DNA of 64,000 bases from Auanema rhodensis (taxonomy: Eukaryota > Animalia > Nematoda), in NCBI GenBank assembly GCA_964057225.1, contig OZ059895.1:18104001-18168000 (forward strand), written 5' to 3'. Below are positions 14,201-29,104 of the stretch, in pieces (positions within the stretch are counted from its first letter, which is position 1; every line of letters begins with the position of its first letter). A program made the position numbers and the translations under genes. Below the pieces are notes generated by a model that did no database searches, was not told where the DNA came from, and saw nothing but the letters and a program-made list of their open reading frames with translations.

Positions 14201-15788
14201 GTTCGTTTGTGAAAAAAAGTCAAAAAGACATAACAAACATCTGTTTTCAAGAAGCTTAATTTCATTAAAATTAAATGGAAAAATTTGGGATATTTTAAGA
14301 AACAAATCAACTATGCTCTTTGTACATCTGTTGTTGCAATCATTAAGAATTCCGGAAAATGCTTGAAATAGATCATTCTATTTATTCAAATGTTATTGTT
14401 ATTAAGATGTTGATGAGATTTGAAAATTGTTGAAGATGCTCATTTTAACAGGAAAAGCATTGAACAACTTTTTTCTTTTTCTTGAAAGAACATGTAATGA
14501 TGTCAAAATCTTTTACTACTAACAAACTAACATTGTTCTTCATTAGTCACTTATCAGCTATGTGTTCAGAGCTTTCTTAGATATGTTCTCCAAATACATA
14601 TATAACAAGTAGATTGTCATATGAAAGCAAATAATAATACAAGAAAATAAAATAAAACAAGGAATAATTAAGACATTATAAACTTTAAATAACAAGATAC
14701 TTTTAAAAGAATATAATTCAAATTAACAATGTACTAGACATGAAGTTTCTTTTTCTCTCGTTCTCTCTCTTTCTCGCTATTTCCTTCTCTCTCCCTCTAT
14801 CTCTTACTCTTCAAGTAAAATCATCCTTTTATCTCCTTCTTTCTCAACCATCTACTCTTCCACATAAACACACATACACATATACATAGACACACATACA
14901 CACACATAGAGACAACACATGAAGCACATAACTAAGGCAAGCCTTTTAAGCTTTCTCATCATTTTCATTCGATTTTGGGTTTTTTTTTCGTTTTTTCACC
15001 CTGAAAAATGTTTGTAGAAGACAGATATCTCAAGCTTTAGATGAGCAAAGATTGTGGGGTTACAAAATCTAAGTTTGAATCTTTTGATTGTTGTTTTCGG
15101 ATATCTGAAAACTGGCAAGTTGAGTTCTCTTTGTTGGTGAAAAATTCTACAAAATATAATCTCAACAAAAAAAAATTTAATTATTAGAAAAGAGAGAATT
15201 GAGGAATTAGGAAATGGTCTTAAAACTGGCTAAAGACTATCACAGTGAATGAAAAAAACAAATATTTGCGTTTTTGCTGATGCACGTCAGATAGAGTGCA
15301 ATGAAAACTTTTTTGTTGGGCTGAAACTTCTGAAAATCAGGATATATAACAATGCTATAATCAACAAAATAAAGAAAGGATAGAATGGATAACTTTTCAA
15401 GTTCAAAGCAATGCATATTCAACTCTGACGAAGAAGTGCGTTCACAAAATGAATCTTTTGAACGACGTTTTGTAAAATAACTTTGCAAGTAACGACTTTA
15501 GCAAAAAAACTAAAAGAATACGAGTGACCGATGGATGACCAGTACTAACTTGGGGACAAGCTACTTTCGTCAATAAACTTTGAAAAGTAGCAACAACACA
15601 AAGACGACTAAGCGATAACGCTGGAAGTGGAGGCTATATTGGCTATGTGCTAGAGAGGGAGAAGAATGTGAGGAGCGCCTTCAAAGATTCATCTGCGCTT
15701 TTGCTATTTGTAAAATTCTTCCGGAAGACAGAGATGCAAAGTCGAAGTATCTTTCTATAGACCAGTTGAGAAGGCGGCAAGCTGGGAC

Positions 15789-15849
<61 letters not shown>

Positions 15850-15858
15850 AGAGAGAGA
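15789..15858 (+). repeat. (GA)n microsatellite
   Basis: Read directly from the sequence. Confidence 0.95.
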
Positions 15859-18525
15859 TTAAGAAAGAGGGAGAAAGAGTGAGAGAGAGAAAGAAAGAGA
15901 GAGAAAATCTAACCATATTCGGCATAACCCTTGACCAATCCTACCAGATTGTTAAACAATGTGTAAATATATTGCTTCAAGGTATAATAATAAAATAATA
16001 TAATTATTATTATTATTATTTTATTTTCAGAACTTAGATCATAACAATATTTATATGGAAATAAAACAAAATTTCATAAAATAAATCAGAATATTTATAT
16101 TTGTTTTCCTCACCCCCCCCCCCCTTTCTACAAACACTATTCTACTATCTATACATATAGTTAGTTATATATAATTTATTCATATATGTTTCTATGTGGA
16201 TGTTGAACTGTTTTAATTGAAAATTGAATGTGAATGCCAAAGATCAATCTCAAATCTGTTTAATGTCTCAATAATCCTTCTAAACTAGCATCATATTACC
16301 ATCTTTCTATCATGAATTACTGATTTTAATTCAGAATAAAAAAACACACCCATAACGTCTTCTGCACACATTTATACAGAAGAAGCATGAGAAACAAAAT
16401 TTTTTTGACTTTTTCAAGAGATATATCTGAGCGAATTCTATTCAAATTTTGAAAGACAATACATTTCAGTTGAAAATGAGCAAGGGAAGGAGGAGAAAAG
16501 AAACTTCTGAACTCAGAGTATACTAAGCAAAAAAATAATAATTTCAGTTGAATTTAAAAAAAACATTGTAAAATAGATACATCAATCTCAATAGGCCAAC
16601 AATCACTTGATAATATATAGTTTATTTTGTATTGTTTCAGTAAAAATAGGCTTGTCAAAGTGGCTCAAACATCAAGTTTCTAAAAGTTCATCCTTAAGTG
16701 TAGTTAGTAATGTTTCCGTTTTCAACTAATTCTCAAAGCCTAAATCTTAAAAATGGCTCTTTTTCTTTGAGCTCAAATGTTTTCCAATTCAGATATGACT
16801 AGAGAGTGAAGGGTTGACGAACTGATAACAAAAATTTGTTCCTAAAATAGCGCAACAATATAAAAATTCAAAATACTATGAGAATAGTTAGTTATAGAAT
16901 TGTTAGCAAAGCTAGTAATGTATGTAATATAATCTACTTTAGCAACATGTTCAGCATAATGAGCAGACGACTCAAACAAAAGTAAATTTTGGAAAGAAAT
17001 ACAAGCTGGTAGCAAGTAGAGAGAGAAAGAGAGAGAGAAGGCGTAAAGCAGATAAAGGAGATGAACAGCCTGCAGTGCATGAAAACAGAAAATGAATTGA
17101 ATTATTTAGTTTAATTTTATATAGTTTCAGGAGAAAAAAGGTTACATACACATGATAATCTGTGATCGACCACCATGAAGCTAAACATATCAATAGCATG
17201 GTTGAATTAACTATAAAGGGCAAAAAGCATCCATTCGAAGCAGACCAAGAAGCTTGAATGACCAAATTGATTTTCTTTGGCATCGTTGCCAGAAATAGAG
17301 AGACGGAAGACTAATTAATCAAATGAGCATTTCACTGTCATCACGAGAAGCCGATAAAGCTAAAGAGGGTGCAGGGAGGGCTATAATGAGAGTATAAGAG
17401 GAAGGCAAAAAAAACTGAAATTGAAAAAAAAAGAAATAAATAGAAAACAAAGACAAAAAAAAAGATTCAAAATACTAGAATGACTACAATAATTTTGATA
17501 AAATAGTTGAAAATAGGCACTCCCCCTATTTCATCTTGTTTTGAACTGTGAAAGCTTTTTCAATGAAAAAATCCAAATTTATTCCATTAGTAGCAACAAT
17601 TCATTTCATGAAATAGCTCGATGTTCTACTCAAACATCAGAAGCTAATTCAAAAAATACTGTGAAAAGTATAAACTAAGTTCTCAGTTGATGACCAGAAT
17701 CTGGAAATTTGATTAAATCTCTGAGAGGCTTCGATTATTTTTATGAGCACAATGCTTATTGTGTTCCAATTCATTGAGTACCAGAAAAAAATTACATTTT
17801 CAACACAGCTTTTAAGTTCTCTTCAAGTTTACAAGCAGATCGCCTAACTATTATACATTGTTAAACTTTATCCGTTTACAAGCTCGATATGTCCTTCATC
17901 TAGTATTGAACAATCAGTTGTAACTGCATCATGAATCTGTATAACATACTGCCAATCAGACAATCCCAACAATTCAGGAACTCGATTTGACAGACGGAAT
18001 TAGTGACTGGAGTAGGGGTCATGGTTGCCGGAATTAGAATAATCCTTTCGTCCACAAAGCTATAAGAGGAATACCCAGAGGACGGCCTAAGGACACATGC
18101 ATCTGTATTGCCACAGAGTATCAAAATCTTAATGTTCCACATAAGCATAAGACCTATCCCGAAACAGTTAACGAAGAGGAGAAAGAGAGATAATGAAAGC
18201 AGAGAAAATACTGAGAGAAAGATGGAGGGCAGAAAGAAGAGAGAAGAGTAGAATAGATAAAAGAGATGGTAAGCTAGCTAGAGTGCGAGAGAGTAGAATT
18301 ATAGATTGAGTATGTAATCTGCAAAAGCAACATGTTGTCCGGATGGATTGAAGCGGATAAAGATGCTTCTGATCGAAAGCAATGCTATAATTAGGGAAAA
18401 GACTTTGATCTATCAAAGGGTCTTCACTACAATTACAATGAAAACAACAATAGGAAAAACGTAATCACGCACATTCATGACAAAATCATTTTTTTTTCAT
18501 TATCCAGCTTATACTTCACTACTTA

Positions 18526-18528
<3 letters not shown>

Positions 18529-18573
<45 letters not shown>
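18529..18573. repeat. (TA)n microsatellite
   Basis: Read directly from the sequence. Confidence 0.95.
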
Positions 18574-18579
<6 letters not shown>

Positions 18580-19865
18580 TCTCCACTTCTTTTCTCTATC
18601 TCTTTATCTCTTTATGTCCTTTCTATATAAGTCTATTGTCTAGTATTAAATCTATTTTTGTATCACAAAGGTAGAAATCTTGGCATGAAAATATTGACTT
18701 AGAGATGGTTATAGATTTACTATATATATATACATTTTGAATGCATATATACTATTAGAAAATGTTGAAAAATTGTTAGAAAAACAATTTTGATCAGGAA
18801 TACAAATATGAAGTGGATATTGTACATGGCACAGATGTAAGAAAGATAGAGCTCATCGACAGTTTTCAGTAGATTTGATTATGTTCTTATAAAATATATA
18901 GCATGTTGTTTATTTTTTTTAAAATTAGTTATGGTCTAAACTATTGCAAAGAAATACTTTAGTTTATCTTTCTCTATAAAGCTTGAGAGAAAATACCAAG
19001 TTGATAATCATTTGAAATTACTCGTATTATAATCAAAGTTTCAAAGACAAGTAAGCTGCTTAAATATATTATTGTACTTCTGATAGTAAGCTAAAAGAAA
19101 AGAGATCTCAAATCTTTCAACATATGATAAAGAACATCAAAGATAGAAGTTTTATTTATAGTTATGATCAGTGTCGTTTAACATTTAACTAGCTTCTTCT
19201 ATTGTTGTATGTATAATCATCAGAGTTCTAAACAAAGTTTTCCAAAAAGCCAAGAAATAGATTACATCAATACTTTTCATTTTGTCCTTTTAATTATTCT
19301 TGCAAAGTTTTCTAATCAGAAGGTGACAAGTAGCACTTGAAACGAATGATTTCATATTGTGATATAGTAAATTTTTGGTCGCCTTATGTATTTCAGATCA
19401 TAAGACGGGCATTCCTCTTATCTTATTTATATTCTTCCACGTAATGTTCATTATTTGATTATACGTATATATATTTATATATTATATAATTTTAAAATAT
19501 TGTTTTCTTTTTTTTTTCATCTTACCGTCTCTTTTTCAACAAAAAAACTCATTTTGTCTTATTTAAACAAACAGTTTTCTAATACTATTTGCAGCTTGCC
19601 CGACTTTCGTAGTTTCATTTGTAAAACGTTTTTATCAACTTATACAACTATCATCTTCCGTATAGTTAAGCATATCAAGCCCAACAGCTAATTCGACTTT
19701 TGGAACTATTTATGACTTTTATGCCAAAGAATAGTCTTTTATCATTAATTTATATCATCAAGTAGTCTATTGCAATCTTTTTTCTCTGAATATCTTAGTT
19801 TATGGCGAAAATAAGCTATTGAGATCTATTTCTTCTTTATTCAACTCTTTCTTTTCCAGGCGAAA

Positions 19866-21383
19866 ATGAAATTTTGTGTTGAGGGAGTAGAGGAAGTACT
19901 TGACAGCAGTCTTTCCCAGGTAGGCTCTTATCATCTTGCAGAATATCCCTTACCTTTCCCTTTATTTTTCTTTATTTATCTCCCGTTCTCCTTCTTTATA
20001 AGATCATAAATTATTTTATACTTTTTTAGTATTCTGATGCTTTCGATATTTGCGGCAAGTCGATGCAAGAAGCTCTTGACCTCATACGATCCGATGGTAT
20101 GTACACATAAGAAGAGATCAACTTTTCCCATACCATCTACATACATATACTTACATCTGCAGGTTATGAAGATCGAAAAGGCTGGAATATTGACTGCAAA
20201 AAAGATGACATCACCGTGTATTACAAAGATATAAATCGGTTACGCTTTTATTCAGCTAGAGTATGTTAACATAATGGTATACTTTATGTTTGACACCCCT
20301 TGAAATTCTTTTTTTTTTTGATTTCAATCATGTTTCATACCCTGATAAATTCAAGCAGTATTATTTTATCTGAACAATCAAACAATAATTTCTATCAATT
20401 CTAGGCCAGCCTTCCAATTAGTCCAGCCGAGGGACATGAGATTAACTGGAAGAGTTGTGAGAAGATGTCTGATTGGAATAGCAACATCAAATACAGTGAA
20501 CGAATTGTAGATTTAACCAAAAATACTGATATTATTCATGTAATTTCTCAATGCATACTAGTCTTCTTCATATTTTTTTATTTCAAGTACGGCAGCAACA
20601 GTGTTATGATGGTGAAAGGACGTCAATTTCTTTGTGGACGTATGCAACATGTGTTCTCTGGTAATCACGTCATTTCGGCCAAGTCCTGTACTCTAGATTC
20701 CGTACCAGATGCTAAGGATGCTGTCAGGTAATTTTCAAGAATACTCAGAAAGACCAAAAAGAATTGCTGCTACTGAGACTTTCACTTTTCTCTGGTCACT
20801 GTTAGTTTCGTGGCTAGTAGAATTTGTTTTCTTTATTGTCTATCTTCGGACACGATAAATAGAATAAATAGCTCTTGTCAAATCAGACAATTTAACCGAA
20901 CGACTACGAACGCAAAAAACTAAGCGGATCTAGGTTTGCCTGTTGATGGCTTTACCCATAATGGCCATAACCTCAAATATCATTAATCTGCAGATTGACT
21001 ATATGAACGTGAACTAAAAAATGCATCATAAATCGAATTACATTAGTGTCCTGATGTAATAACAACAATTTTAGAGCGCACCTTCACCTCGCGTTCGGCC
21101 GATTTCAAAACGATCCCAACAACCCATCAGGTTCCATCTATGACTATACATTATGTATGGATTTAAAAGGAATGATGCCTCAAACTTTACTAAATCAGGT
21201 TGGAATTATCGTTCAGTATTCGAAAACAACCAGTTGCACTAATTGGAATAATATTCTGCTAAAAGGATTTTATTAGATTTCACAAAACAATCAACATTAC
21301 AGATAATGGGTAAACTCTTGTTGTCAGACATGGATAATACGAAAAACCATTTTATTCAATATGCGAGGACAAAGAATAACTAA
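19866..21383 (+). CDS. Stand-alone START (StAR-related lipid transfer) domain protein, about 232 aa, 7 exons
   Basis: Exons 19866-19919, 20030-20096, 20163-20260, 20405-20539, 20588-20727, 21075-21198 and 21303-21383 join in frame (699 nt) with GT..AG ends. Motifs GWNID, MSDWNSNI, GRQF and CMDLKGMMPQTLLNQ match the StAR pattern (W..N, RDF, DLKGWLP..IINQ). TTTTCCAG lies 6 nt before the ATG, a probable trans-splice site. Confidence 0.88.
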
Positions 21384-21426
21384 GGTAAATAATTGAGTAG
21401 TAGACATAGAAGCATTTCACTATATA

Positions 21427-21432
21427 AATAAA
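21427..21432 (+). terminator. Poly(A) signal of the START gene
   Basis: AATAAA 44 nt after the TAA stop. Confidence 0.6.
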
Positions 21433-21818
21433 GCTTTCCAATTGACTTACTACATGTCTTTTACCTTGTTCATAAAAAGAGAAATGATTTTCTATCCTAA
21501 ATATAAAAGATAAAACTACAGCATTCCTAATAAAATCAATTGTGCACAAAACGTGAAATAATATACTTCATTTATATATAACGAACAACTTGTTTTCAAC
21601 TAGAAATGCTCGTAATTTTGAGGTAAAATGCTAATTTAATGCATGAGCGTATTCTATTCATAACTAAAGCAACAAGCAAATCATAAATTGGTCTCGTTGC
21701 ATCTTACAGTACGAAATTTGAAAAAGTGTGGATGATTTGCATATGCAGCTTTATTTTTTAATTAGCACGTGGAGAGAGCGGTTGAATTTCGTTCGAATGT
21801 GTTTCAATTCCTAAAACT

Positions 21819-24800
21819 ATGCTGAATTTACAACTTGGTCTAGGCTATCTGTTGGGGAATTTACCGAGGTACGTGATACTTCTTCATCATTCAGTCTTCC
21901 GTCTAGTTCACCTTCCATTTATTTATTTTATTACGGCGTTAGTTCCACATTTTTACCGACTTTGTAATCTAATCCTCGTTATGAGGTGGTGTGGCGGACG
22001 AATTTCTCAATCAAAGGATATATTGGGGGCCTCAAACCTCCTCGCCACACCTCCTTTGTTTGTGTTGGCAGCCAAGACCGCAATTCTGCCACCTGCGTCT
22101 GACAGTTTTGAACTTTTTTTCAACAAAAACTCTACTTAATTGCTTAACAAAGCTAGATATCTAAACTGATTTTTTTATTGGACTCCTCCATTTTACGATA
22201 ATCCTCATGTAATTATTCTTTCATATCTTTTATTGGATATTTATATCTATGTATTTTTATACGTGTTATATATAACAATGTTTCATTTATGTATATAATT
22301 ATGACTTTATCAGAACTTTCTCATCTGATCTGATCGAAGATCTTTATATTTTCTAACCGAACGAACGGCCGTCCTTTTTTTATTTACCGTACAGATTGGC
22401 TTTGGTTGACTGCATACGTTGGCCTTCTTGTCAAATGAACTTACTTTCCTATCTGATCTCACATTGTTTTTCACCAATATTATAGAAGCTATTCATTCTT
22501 GATAGTTCTATATTAAGGTATTATTTCTAAATTTACAATATCTGCATAAGAAGGTAGTGATTATAGCTTAGTATTATCTTATTGCAGCTTATTTTACGTT
22601 TATACTCGAGGCTTCATGCAAGATTTGTGTCGCCTTTGTGTGTATCTTCCGTATTCCAAATCCGGTCTAGATTCATTATCATAATTATAATAGAACCCAA
22701 TTATTATTCTGAGCTTGATCTTCGCTTTTTGCCATCTTATCCTCTTCTTCCCTGTATACATTAACTGGTGTTAAAGCTTTAGCTTCACAATTTCGCATAT
22801 AATTCCATTCTATACTAACCATTGTGACAAATATTACGATGAAAAGTATTATTTTTCATCCGCATAACCAAGACATTTTTTCTTTAATCCATAGCAATTT
22901 TCAATTATGCTTTGTGTGACTAACAGTACCCATGGATTGCTTTCATTTGCCTGTATCTAAGTTTTTTAGCCCAGATATTTGCGTTAGCTACTCTGTGTAT
23001 CGTGTTTCTGCTTATAGAAAATATATAATGGCAGTCTCTCTGAGTCGTGAACCTAAGAGATCCTCCCTTGTTTGCTGCCGAAAGGTCAAGATCATCCTAT
23101 CTCGCAATCCGCCTCATTTCTTTATTAACTTTCATCCTCTCCGATAGGAAAATTTCTATTTTCTTTGATTAATCGATATCTTTTGTGATCCCTTGAAATA
23201 TCCAGTCCGCTGACTTCTCGGGGAATTCTCACGACGACCATAGTTTTGAAGAGCCTTTGTTTAGACCTCATACTGGCTGTTTATCTTTCCGTTGTCGATA
23301 TAAAATTATGTCCATTATGCTCTGAAATTATTGCGACCATTATTATGGCTCCAATATGAGTTTTACTGCACATCATGATGGTACACCAGAACATTTGATT
23401 TAATTGCGTAGGCAAGTGTGACAGCTTCCATTTCTTGTTGCTCTATTCAGTATCTATTTGCCGAACTCAGATCGTCTAGTATGAGGTTTTGAGTGTCAAC
23501 CATGCGCCAGTCTCTATTTTCTTGTCTCGATACGCCTAGGATCCAAAGTATGAAGACCGGATTGGGAGGAGAAGAGAAAAGGCTGTAGCCTTAGCGGCAG
23601 CAAGTCAGAACTCACTTTTCATAAAACTTGAATTCATTTCTGAAGAATTATTGGCTGCCATATTTTCTATTTTTCATAGAATATTCCTTTTGACGTTTTT
23701 GATACTTGATTGTCATGTTTGGCTAAGATCAATCGATCGATCGCAGAACAATGAGAGGATTATATGAACATGTATAACTAAAATTTGCATGTGAGGGAAG
23801 GGTGTTGGTTCTGCGCTATATTTTCCGATTGATTCTCTGATGTTCTAGTAGGAGCAGACCTACCTGATTGTGATTGGTCGTCCTTGGCATTACGCTCACT
23901 TGAATGGTTTAGTGCTGTGTCTACCACAATCCGTTCTTACAAATCGTCCTGTCCTGCTAACTTCATCGAAATACTGCGACATCGACTTTCTCGCAACGTC
24001 GACTAGTTTGCCTTCCTGTCTTTTCTCCTTACATGTTAGCTTTTTTTGCACCTTTCACCGCACTCTGAACATATGGCTTACTAGCAACATCGCCCAGTGT
24101 TGATATAAAACTTGTAATTCCTTCATAGGTTCATCGATTTTCTTTCTTCATTGTGTATAAAGACATCTCGCATTTACAACGTCTTCATAGGAATAGCTTT
24201 GATATAGCCTTGATTTAAACATTGAATGTCTTTGTTTTTCTTGTACGCATCCCTTGACATCTGTGAATGGACCATATAACGAGTCGCTGTCTTTCGCCAA
24301 TCTTACTACTATACGGCTTTCAAATGTTGGCATGCTGAAGCTTCATCCTTCCGTTCTGCTGCTTGATGTTTCACAGCTTGTGCTATCTTTCTCTTTGCTT
24401 CATAACATTTTTAAGGTGACCCTATAAGTCGCGTCTGCAATGTAATTTAATTTAATCTGTCCGAATTATTTATAGCCATTAGGTGATATTCCAGCTGTAC
24501 CGTTGAAGCCGAGTTATCGCTCATTTTTTCTGCTTGATACTCGTTCTTCATATGTACTCCAAACTGGTTTATCCTGACAGATTAGGATAGGTTTTGCGAT
24601 GATCACCGCATGTCTGCGACAGACATCCGTTCGGGGACTCTGTGTTCTAATTATTCTGTCATCTGAGCACTCTGCTCTACTCTTCACCGTGGTTGTTTTT
24701 GTATCGCAAATTGGTTTCTTTCGCATCTTAATGATTAATGGCATCTCATTCCGGTTCTCACTCATTTAGTGCGCATTGTCCTTATTTCCTGCTCTTATTT

Positions 24801-27800
24801 TCGGGTCAATTTTTCAACAAAAAAAAAGCATTTTTGTATGGTCTGTCACTAATTTTATTTCTTTGACACTGTTGCGGCATTTATTGTCCCTTATTGCTGT
24901 CTACGAGCGGTTCTCTCAATATCGATCTGGATGTTGCGGGATTCATAAATTGTTTCCACCAGACAAAACACAGAACTTGCCAAGCTTCAGATTCCATTAA
25001 CCAGAGACGTTGCAAATGGTTTCTTGTTAATGTCTTGTGATGTTTCCGCTGGCTTGTTCGACTCCACTACGCCCGCCATCTGAAAGCGTTTCCGTATTTC
25101 CGTTTATAGTCCGTATAACATATATTAACATATCGCATAAACTACTCTCCATCATCTCTTTCTATGGAGCATCCGTGCATCATGTCTTTCGATACTTTTA
25201 AAAAATATATTTCTTATAATAATCTGCTATGTTTTGATTATTACTATGATTTCTAATCTGGCCTGCCGGAAGAATCTGGCATCCTGCTCCATTGCTGCAT
25301 TTATGGTGTGACATTGGTTGTATCTCTCATCATTCTTCCCATTTCCACTGTTCAAGACGGATATTGCCTTTTCTGTTCTCAATTCTCTCAAATATTGCGC
25401 GTTTACTTACGTCTAAGATGACACTTGGTGCTTGCAATTAGTTTTCTTTCTATCACATCACTTCTCTTTTCTACGAATTATCCCAAGAGCTTCTCTCACA
25501 TCTGGGATGTATATGTGCTTTTTTATTCTTCGGAATTTATTCCAGTTCATTTCAGACCGAAGATACAACGTTCGTTCACATTACCAATGGTGATGTTCGA
25601 CCAAGTTACGGTCGCCAATACTGAAAACAAGTGGGATCATGATGAAGTAGTAAGTCTTTTTTATTTTCTTTTAAAGTTCACAAAGTGATTCGTGATTGTC
25701 CGATATCTCAATGTTTTTTTCATTTTGAATTCCTTAACTTTTGTTAGTTTAATAGAACATGTTTCTCTTCTGCGACCACTTGTTAACAAGTCTTTGCTTA
25801 AGTCTCCTCAAGAGGTTTTCTTCGTCGGATTCATACTTTTATACATTGCCGATGTTAAGATTTTGAATAAGCATCATTATAGTAGAATATTGTTAAATGT
25901 AACCCTTAGTAACTTTATCGCAAGGATATCTGAGTACAAAAGAAGCTTATACGGGGGTTCATGTTTCGACGTTTGCGCTAACAGAAATTATGTGGTTTCT
26001 GCTGGTCAGCGTCATCAGTGCCTGAATTTTCCAGTTCCCGACAGGTTTTCGTAACGAGATCTTAAGCAATTGTCTTTCAAACCATATTTTGTAGATAAAT
26101 ACTTGTGTTAGAAAAGTGTGCATGTTATGATAACAGTATTACAGCACATAATTATTCTACTAATATGTTACAAAGTTAATCTATGCAACATTAGCATTGA
26201 TAATTTATATTTTTTTCAATAATTGTGATATTAACACCAACTTACTTCTTTGGTTATGTTCATTAATGTTTAATAGAGTTGCTTTTGTCTTCCTCTTCTT
26301 TTCACTCTCTTTCATATTTGCCAAATGATCCGGAATAATTTTAAAAATACCACTTCTATTAGCCGTAGGATTCTTCCAATTCCTCCTGTGCTCTTTATTC
26401 ATTTTTATGTTTTATTGCATAACATCATCCTTATTGAACACAAAGAAAACTGTATTTCTATTCCCAAGAGATCTCGCTTTTTAGATCCATTTATACAAAA
26501 ATATGATGATTGCAACAACATGATTTTAAGATTTTCCGTAACGCTTCTTGATTTCTATCATAAATCTTTCTTAACCTGCGTGTCTCTCAACAATCGCATT
26601 TGTTTCGCGTTTTGCAACTTATTCAAAGCCATCGGGTCTATATCAACCCGTTTGTTGTATCGAATAGTATATGCTACTTTGGTTTACAATTTTATTTACG
26701 TATAAGATGAAGTATCCAAGTATAGCCAGCTTAGCGGATTTGAAACCATTATATGGATACATATGAGCTGATTGCCTATAGATATTTATTTCTGGGTTGG
26801 CTTGAAGAAATATCTTTCGTATTTTCGTTCTACAGCCCACGTTCCTTTCTTGGACATTTATTTCTATCTGTCTCACAGCAGCACTTTAGCTTGAGGGTGG
26901 TGCGGCGAGCAGTTGCTTAAGCAGTGCTGGGTCAACAAGACGACTCTTGTATACCAGCTATGTAAAACATTGTGAGACGCACCGGTGAGTCTCTCACTTT
27001 TCTTACTGATGCTTCTCCGTTGTCGTCTTCTTCTTCTTCTTCTCCTTCTTCATCATCTTATTTCGAAACGGAGACCTGGCTGTTCTAGAATAGCAAACCA
27101 TACTCATTTGTTTATACTCAGTGATTTGACTAGGCGAAACTCGTCTCCTCTTACATGTATAGCTTATTGTAGTTGTGTCCCGCACTTTTAATTTCACATT
27201 AACTTGTAGGTTAATATGCGCGGTTCACTTTTATGATATATAATTTAATCATACTCAATTTTTCGATTTGTCCTCTATGCATTGATGTTCTTAATGTACG
27301 ATGTACTGCCATCATTCCTTCTGATTTCTCTGGTATTGACTAAAGTAGATCTAACATATACTGGAATGAATCTTCGCCAAGGTCTCTAAGTCAGCCAACG
27401 CGATTCTTATCATCATACTACCTCGAATTCTCTATGCGAACATCGTATGTAATTTCTATGAAAGTCCGTCACGAACTCTCTTGTCTTTGAATATTCCTTT
27501 TCTTTCTTTTTTCGCTCTTTTTGCTAGTGCTTTTGGCTTCTGAGTTCACACAGCTGGTCCAGCTGCAAGTGTCAACATGTCTCATTTTAAACACATTTTC
27601 GATGCTCTTGTAGGTGAAATTCTCTTCCTTTATTACACATTAACTTAAGGCTTTTACACCGATTTTCATAATAGATATATGAGAATTCTTTTTAAAACTC
27701 ATTCATATCTGCTTAGTATGAGTTAACTAATAGTACCCTCCTATGATTGGGGTGAAGGCCGCGTAGATTACATCGGTGCAGCCACGTATTTCATGACATC

Positions 27801-29104
27801 GTGCATTTTCTTGCTTCTTATCCTCACTCCGATCTCTTCTTCTTATTCTTCACAGTCATTACACATTTTTGCTAGAGCATCCCGAGATCTACAAAGTCTT
27901 GTCGACACAGATTCGTCAATTGCCAGATTTCCTTTAATGGTAACGATCGCAACAACAAGCAGTTTCCACATATTTTCTTTTATAATTATGATCGACTGTT
28001 AATGCTTCATACATCTACTATTTATCTCTGTCAAAGACTTGTATTTAGCAAACATCCATGTTAAAGAATAGGATAACGTCGTTTCTAAATAGCCTTCACT
28101 GTTCTGCATCCGCCAGAACGTTGCGTTTATCTATATCCCACGATTATCTTCTGTCAGTTCATTTAGCTCTTCTTCTGTATGATCTCTTCGGTCGTGCGCT
28201 ATCTGTTCCAAAGTAGTCGCACTGTGTGTGTTGTCTCGTTCTGCGCATCTTCTGACTGAAGCGGAGCGAAGACGACTACCCGATTGCCGACTAACCATCC
28301 AAATATTCTGTTTGTCTGCCTTCATCTTCAATGCAACAGTCAGTAATCCGTTTGCACTGGCTTTTCTACCGAATCACATTTTTTCTCATGCGCTTCTCTT
28401 GTCGCTACTAGCACGACTCTTCCACACGTAAATTGTTCTTCCTCAAAATCTTATTGATTGATTACTTGTAAGTAGTGGTAATGGTTCTATGCCCTGCTGT
28501 GTCTTGTTTTCGCCGACTCTGAAATGTCTTGAAATTTGTCCACCTTTGTTTTCTCCTAATATCAGTTTTCTGTTGTTTCCATCTAAGTCACATCATTGGC
28601 ATCTATTCAATTAGAAAATGACCGATCTGGTTGTAATGATTGACCTTTCTTCTATCATTAGCTATCTCGCATTTTTCCAATCTTGACGCTACCAATATTT
28701 AACGAAGTGTCATTTTATTGCAAACTTCATAAGCTTTTTATCTACCGGCAAAGCTATGAGATAATCAGTTTTCTTCTTAGCTAGACAAAGAATTCATTAA
28801 GGCAATTATCCCTTTCTAGTTCTCATCCCAGCCAGATTAACTAATAGCTTGTAGAAGATAAGTTTAACCTCTTTCCTGGCTACTTCGATTAGCTCGCATC
28901 ATTCACTATTAAATGTCGTTCTTGTTGTCAAAGTTGTTTTTATTTCAATTCATAACTTGTGTGTGCTTGTGCTAACCGGGCGTTTTCAGAAGACAGTGAG
29001 CGGAAGCTGTCGTGCGTCGCTGACACCGCCCACTACTAACGAGGGACTCGTCATGACGGCATCTGGCACTGATCACGTAGCTGCTGCAATTCACAACACT
29101 AACG
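21819..29104 (+). CDS. asd-2: Distal N-terminal exons A, B and C of a long asd-2 isoform
   Basis: A 21819-21868 (MLNLQLGLGYLLGNLP, phase 2, GTACGT), B 25556-25649 (TTTCAG, RPKIQRSFTLP..WDHDEV, GTAAGT, phase 0) and C 28990-29104 (TTTTCAG, KTVSGS..IHNTN, GTACCG, phase 1). Phases chain 2-0-1 into the common exon at 30403 with no stop. Confidence 0.65.

Noticed and set aside
16113-16124. C12 run (and G11 at 55665-55675) as G-quadruplex loci
   Set aside because: Too short for a three-tier intramolecular G4, with no supporting context.
16796-16815. TGACTAGAG miR-44/61-family-like start
   Set aside because: No pairing arm on either side.
17880-18170. GC-richer stretch suggestive of a decayed transposon
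   Set aside because: No terminal repeats, target duplication or recognisable coding motif.
24148-25079. Minus-strand ORFs in asd-2 intron A-B, including TTTCAG|ATG MAGVVESNKPAETS
   Set aside because: I could not build a consistent multi-exon gene or find any transposase, RT or other domain motif. An A-rich antisense strand produces protein-like text.
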